Positions 59,825 through 64,000 of a stretch of DNA of 64,000 bases are shown piece by piece (position 1 is the first letter of the stretch; every line of letters begins with the position of its first letter). Source of the stretch: Anthoceros angustus (Eukaryota > Plantae > Anthocerotophyta); NCBI GenBank assembly GCA_010909165.1, contig MU008183.1, positions 868,001-932,000 of the forward strand. Direction: 5' to 3'. Position numbers and translations under genes: made by a program. The notes under the pieces are model-generated. The model saw nothing but the letters and a program-made list of their open reading frames with translations. It was not told the DNA's origin and ran no database searches.

Positions 59825-62800
59825 TGTGGCGCGACTTTCGGCCGGCGGCGCGCACAATCCGTGTCGTTGTAGGAAAGTCCGTTCCCAAAGGAATGATAGG
59901 CTCCGTTTACCGTTTGTGATTCTTACCGCCGCGCTCGTTCGGTCTCAACACACATACTCCTAACTACTGCGTTCACCGTGAGGCCGGTATGGCCAAGCGT
60001 TTGAGACCGTTCGCGTCCGTATCGTTCACATCTCTCGTCCTTTCCTCTCCCCTCACGCTACACTCCTCGGTAGAAAAGGCCAGCGGGTTACGTCCGGACC
60101 TCCTCGTCGTTCGCGGGCCTCTCGTCCGGGCTCTGCGCCCTCCGGAGTTCCTCCGGCTCACCGTTCGGTCCGTTCGGTCTTTGGGCGCGGCTCGGCGAGC
60201 GGTCGATCACCCTTCCTGCACACCACAACACGTTAGGTCCGTCACGGGACCTGATCAATCTCCCGGAGGCCGTGCACCTTTCGGTGACTCGGGACTCACG
60301 TTAGCAGAAGACACACAAAGGTGCAGAGCGGCATCAACACCAAGAGATGATTTATTGGGCGGCCTTAGCCCTCTTATACTACGCCAAGGTCGGCGCCTTT
60401 ATTACCTCTATTACGGTGAGGGCCATTTCGGTGCCTAACAACCGCCTACTACCTCCTATTCTATCGCCGTCGGTGGTGGGGGATGGCCTGATTCCTTCTT
60501 GGCACGCGCCCACAGCTGGCGCACCAATCGGATGATCGCGGTAGACCCCTTCCTCTTCAGGGGTCTGCGGGTGACCGTGGCGGCAGCAGATCACCACCAA
60601 GTCTTCCTCGTCCTCCTCTTCTCTCTCCCGGGCCCCTGCGTGGGCCCTCAAGCTGGATCTATGGGGTTGGGATGGCTCTCCCCACTCCCAGTTTGGACCT
60701 CGGGACCCTCGACTCGGTCCGGACCTCTAGGTCAGTCTTCCCTCAGGTCCGGTCTCCAGGGCCTTCTTTGAGTCGGTCCTCGGGGCCGGACTTGCCTCTG
60801 AGGTCGGTCTTGGACCCCTTCCACAGGGTCGGACCTCGGTCGTCACTAGTCGGATCCCTAAGTCGGACTTCCTTGAGGCGGACCTCGGGTCGGCCTTTCC
60901 TCGAGTCGGACAAAGTCAGGACCCCAGCTCTGGGCATGCCTCCTCGCTGGTCAGGTTCATCCAGAGCCCTCCTTGGTTCCCGAATGCCCGGTTGCACCTT
61001 TCCCCCTCTCAAGATCCTCCCTCGTCCTTCCATGCGAGGGGTCGGCTTACCTCGGTGTGGCGCCCTTCCTCCTCCGGTTCCTCCCGCTGCTCTCCTTCGC
61101 TGCTGCCGTCGTCAAGCAGGCGCTCCTAGGACTCCAGGTTGTCGTCCGGGTCCGTCCTCCTCGCTCCTCCTTGTCCTTGAGTCCACCCTCCCCGGGTGGC
61201 GCGGGACCTCAGGCCTTGAGGAGCTGCGTGGTAGTAGGCGAGTCGGGTCGACTTCTGAATCGCCTCCTCCATGAGCCGGGCACGTACTCCCTCCTCCAGG
61301 TGCTCCGTGGCAGCGATCGCCCTTTCTTGCTGTCTCGTGCAGCTTACCGGTCGTGGCGGACTCCCAGGCCGTCAAGGCCTCCGTTACCTCTTGCAACCTT
61401 CCGCTGCTCGGCGTTCTCCTCCTCCGTCGTTGCCCGCTCATTTGCGGGCCATGGGTGAGCTCCCCGCTTCCCGGCCGGACGACTACCTTTTCCTCGGTGC
61501 CTTCCTCCGCTTCTATTCTTTCCGGAGGTCCTCCACTTCCTTCTCCGGGCCGGTATCCCGTCAGGCTCACGGCTTCCGCCACGTCCTGCGCAACTGGCGC
61601 GTCGAACTCCACCGCGCTGTTCTCCTCCGTCTTCAAGCGGGCTGGGCGTTCACCTCTCGCTCGAAGTCTTGGATTCTCTCGTTGAGAACCCCTGCTCGTG
61701 CATCTTGGGTTGCAACTCCAAGGTGTCCTTGTTGTCCTCCACTCTCCGCCCTTCTACCTCCTGCAGTTGCACAGGGTCCCCAATCTCCCGGGTCTGGCCT
61801 CAGTGCCTCCTCGCTCGGCCGTGCTCCGACCTTGCTCGGCCTTGATTGGCCGCGGCTCTCGGCCGCCTCCTCCACCGGTTCGATCACGCCATAGTGATCG
61901 CGATCGGCCGCCGTGGCCTCCGCCTCCTTGGCCACCTTCACCTGAGCCTCTCCAGCTTGGCTCTGGTCCAGTCGGGCTGCCTCCGCCAGATCCCGCGCCC
62001 GTTCTGCTTGCGCCCGGGCGTCCTCTGCTTCCTGCTGCGCTACGCCCCTCTGCCTGCAGAGGTCCTCCGCCCGCGCTTGGGCCTCCTTGGCCTGCTTCAG
62101 CTGTTCCTCCAGCTGAAGGAATTTGGTCCGGTCCTTGCGGATGGACCAGACCTCCCTCTCCGCCTCCCGGCGTTTTCCTTCCTCAATCCGGCCGAGAGCT
62201 TCGGCCTTCCTTCTCGCCTCCTGGGCTCCCTCCAACTGCTCCTGGAGGAGCACCATGCGCCTCCGGGTGGCTTCTACCTCCTGGGTCTTCTCGGCCATCC
62301 CGGACCCAGGCATACCGTCCATGGCGGTAGCAGGACCGCCGTGTTTCTTCCACGGCTGGCAGTGAGGCTCCCACAAAGTCCGTGCGGGGCGGCATCTCCG
62401 TCCGTCAAGGACCTCCATACATGATCGGAGCAAGTCGGTGGGTTCTCCGGACAATCGGGACCCTTAGGTCACGAGTCTGCTCGGGCTTCCCCTCCTTGGC
62501 CCTTTTGGCGAGCTCCTTCTCCGCCCTTTTCTCCACAGGGCTCGGCGGAGGTGATGGAGTCAGCCCTTTGCCCCTTTCACAGCCGGCAGGCCGGCTCTGG
62601 ATCTGCTGCGGTGTCCTCCTGCTCACAGGCGGCGTCCCTTTCGCCCTCCTTCGCTTCCTCCGCTTCTTGCCACTCCGTCGGCGGGGAAATCGTGAGCGTT
62701 GGTAGTGGTCTTGCGTCTCTTGGCTCTCTGGTCGGAGGCTCCTCGGTAGGAGTGATGGCCGTGGGCGGCTCGGGCCCTTCTCTTGGGTGGTTGGGGCACG

Positions 62801-64000
62801 GAAGGAGGGATTGCTTCCATACTTCCACAGGTGGTGAGGGGTCCGTTCAGGCGTATGGAGTCAGGAATCCTCCCGATCGTCCTCCTCCGAGTCCGTTTGG
62901 TTTTGACGCCGGCCTCCTCCCTCACGGCGCCCTTGCCGCTCCACTTGCGGGGCCTCGGTCCTTTCCGGGCGCTCGCTCAAGCTCTCCTTCCTTGAAATGC
63001 CCCCATACATGGATCGGTATGGGGGCCAGAATGGCGAGGCTTCTCGGTCTGAGCTTGCGAGCTCTGGCTAAGCAGGCGAGATAATCCTTCCCAGTCGCCC
63101 TCTTCCCTCAGCGCATGCGGGAACACCAATAGATTATCACCAAGGTGATCCACCTTGGTGAGTAGGTTCCGATGGACGATGATCCGGGCCCACGACTCGG
63201 CAGCAGGTCGGATATCGACCAACGTTGGTGGTTGCGTCGAGCCTTAGCGCCGCTGGCGCGACCTATCTTCCCCTTCGCCTTGAGGGGCTCGGCACCCTCC
63301 CCTCTTCCTCCTTGGGCGGTTGTAGGCCGCCTCGGGACCTCAAGGTCCATCGCCTTGGGTCCTCTCGGAGGTTCTTGGACCGCACCTCCTTGTTGACCGC
63401 CGCCGGCATCTTGGGCAAACTCCGGACGGTGACATCAAATGTCGAGACCATTTGGAACACATCCAAATGCCACTCCCACCAATTCTCGCTTCGGGCGAGC
63501 CCAAAGTCGGATAGCGCGGGTCACAATGTTGCGCTCCACAAGGTTCCATGGCTCCCAAACTTCCGCGGGCTTTTGGGTGCCATCGCCTTCTTCTCCCTTG
63601 GTTCTGTCGCCGCTTGTCGAGGCTGGCACGTTGAGCCTCCCCTTGGCGTTCGCTCCGACCTCAGCGGTGAGCCGCGCGTCGAGTGTCCACGAGATACCGC
63701 GAGAGCGGTGCGGGCGCAAGATCGCGAGTGTCTCGAGGCTGCGTGAAATGACCTTCTTCGCGACGCCATGGGCGGGGCGCCTCTTCACATCGTGCGCCAG
63801 TGCGCATGGCTTACTGCGCTCTGCCGCGTACTCGGCCTTACTCGCGTGCACTGCGGCCCCTCGCGCGCGGCCCGGGCGTGAATACACTGCCTCCAGCAAG
63901 TTCACGGTCGACCGCATGCCGTCCTCCACTCGGGTCGTCACGTGGCGTCGCCCGTCCGTCCCACGTTCAACTTCTAAGTTACTTTCCTGGCGTACTTATC
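59825..64000 (-). repeat. G2 5' LTR (at least 4.17 kb, truncated by the window edge)
   Basis: Matches the 3' LTR up to the last base (aacttctaagttactttcctggcgtacttatc = about 54270-54301). AATAAA at 60351-60356, TATA-like site at about 60373. Confidence 0.85.
60400..63941 (-). pseudogene. Long coiled-coil ORF inside the G2 5' LTR
   Basis: Chained ORFs 63435-63941, 63263-63466, 62577-62828, 61633-62454 (EQLKQAKEAQARAEDLCRQ...AERARDLAEAAR), 61112-61636 and 60743-61033, all in element sense. Confidence 0.7.

Larger units (their letters stand above)
50090..64000 (-). mobile_element. Ty3/Gypsy G2 (non-chromovirus, tRNA-Asp-type PBS) with giant LTRs; 5' LTR runs off the window
   Basis: Minus-strand order: LTR (>=64000 to 59825), PBS, gag, PR, RT, RH, INT, PPT, LTR (54480 to about 50090). 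Confidence 0.9.

Noticed and set aside
50500-63950. Numerous long plus-strand ORFs rich in Ser, Pro and Leu within the G2 LTRs
   Set aside because: They are antisense shadows of the GC-rich, Glu/Arg/Ala-rich minus-strand frame and have no independent motifs.
1-64000. Treating the many frameshifts as genuine pseudogenisation
   Set aside because: Duplicate copies carry different indels that complement each other, and near-identical LTRs flank broken ORFs. This pattern fits unpolished long-read error.
1-64000. rRNA or tRNA genes
   Set aside because: None were recognised; the only tRNA-complementary sequences are retrotransposon primer-binding sites.

Overview
Plant nuclear DNA with GC-rich exons and short introns (a non-seed land plant such as a bryophyte is plausible; this is inference). 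The sequence is error-rich: near-identical repeat copies carry different frameshifts, so most frameshifts are probably uncorrected long-read errors and not true pseudogenisation. Layout: (1) 1-8545 is a near-identical second copy of a three-gene host block (Occludin/ELL-domain gene, ribosomal-L1-domain RSL1D1-like gene, plant fluoride exporter FEX) whose other copy lies 28,090 bp downstream (28091-36676). This copy is fused to a 200-bp CACTA transposon end (8546-8745, reading CACTACTAGGAAAA on the minus strand) that abuts the middle of a Copia integrase, which suggests a large gene-carrying Pack-CACTA. (2) 8746-26087 is a retrotransposon nest: the 3' half of a Copia, then a tRNA-Asp-primed Gypsy (G1) with an apparent ~4 kb 5' LTR, interrupted in its gag zinc knuckle by a complete 6.5 kb Copia with an AAGTC target-site duplication, and broken off in RT. 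(3) 27530-39511 is the native gene cluster (ELL-like, RSL1D1-like, FEX, R3H/SUZ protein). (4) 40190-50090 holds a multi-exon gene of unknown function in a probable DNA transposon, with nested tandem duplications. (5) 50090-64000 is a Gypsy (G2, minus strand) with ~4.4 kb LTRs whose U3 is almost entirely a long coiled-coil ORF. The best candidates for novel biology are the multi-gene CACTA capture and the giant LTRs that encode a protein, seen in two related Gypsy families.
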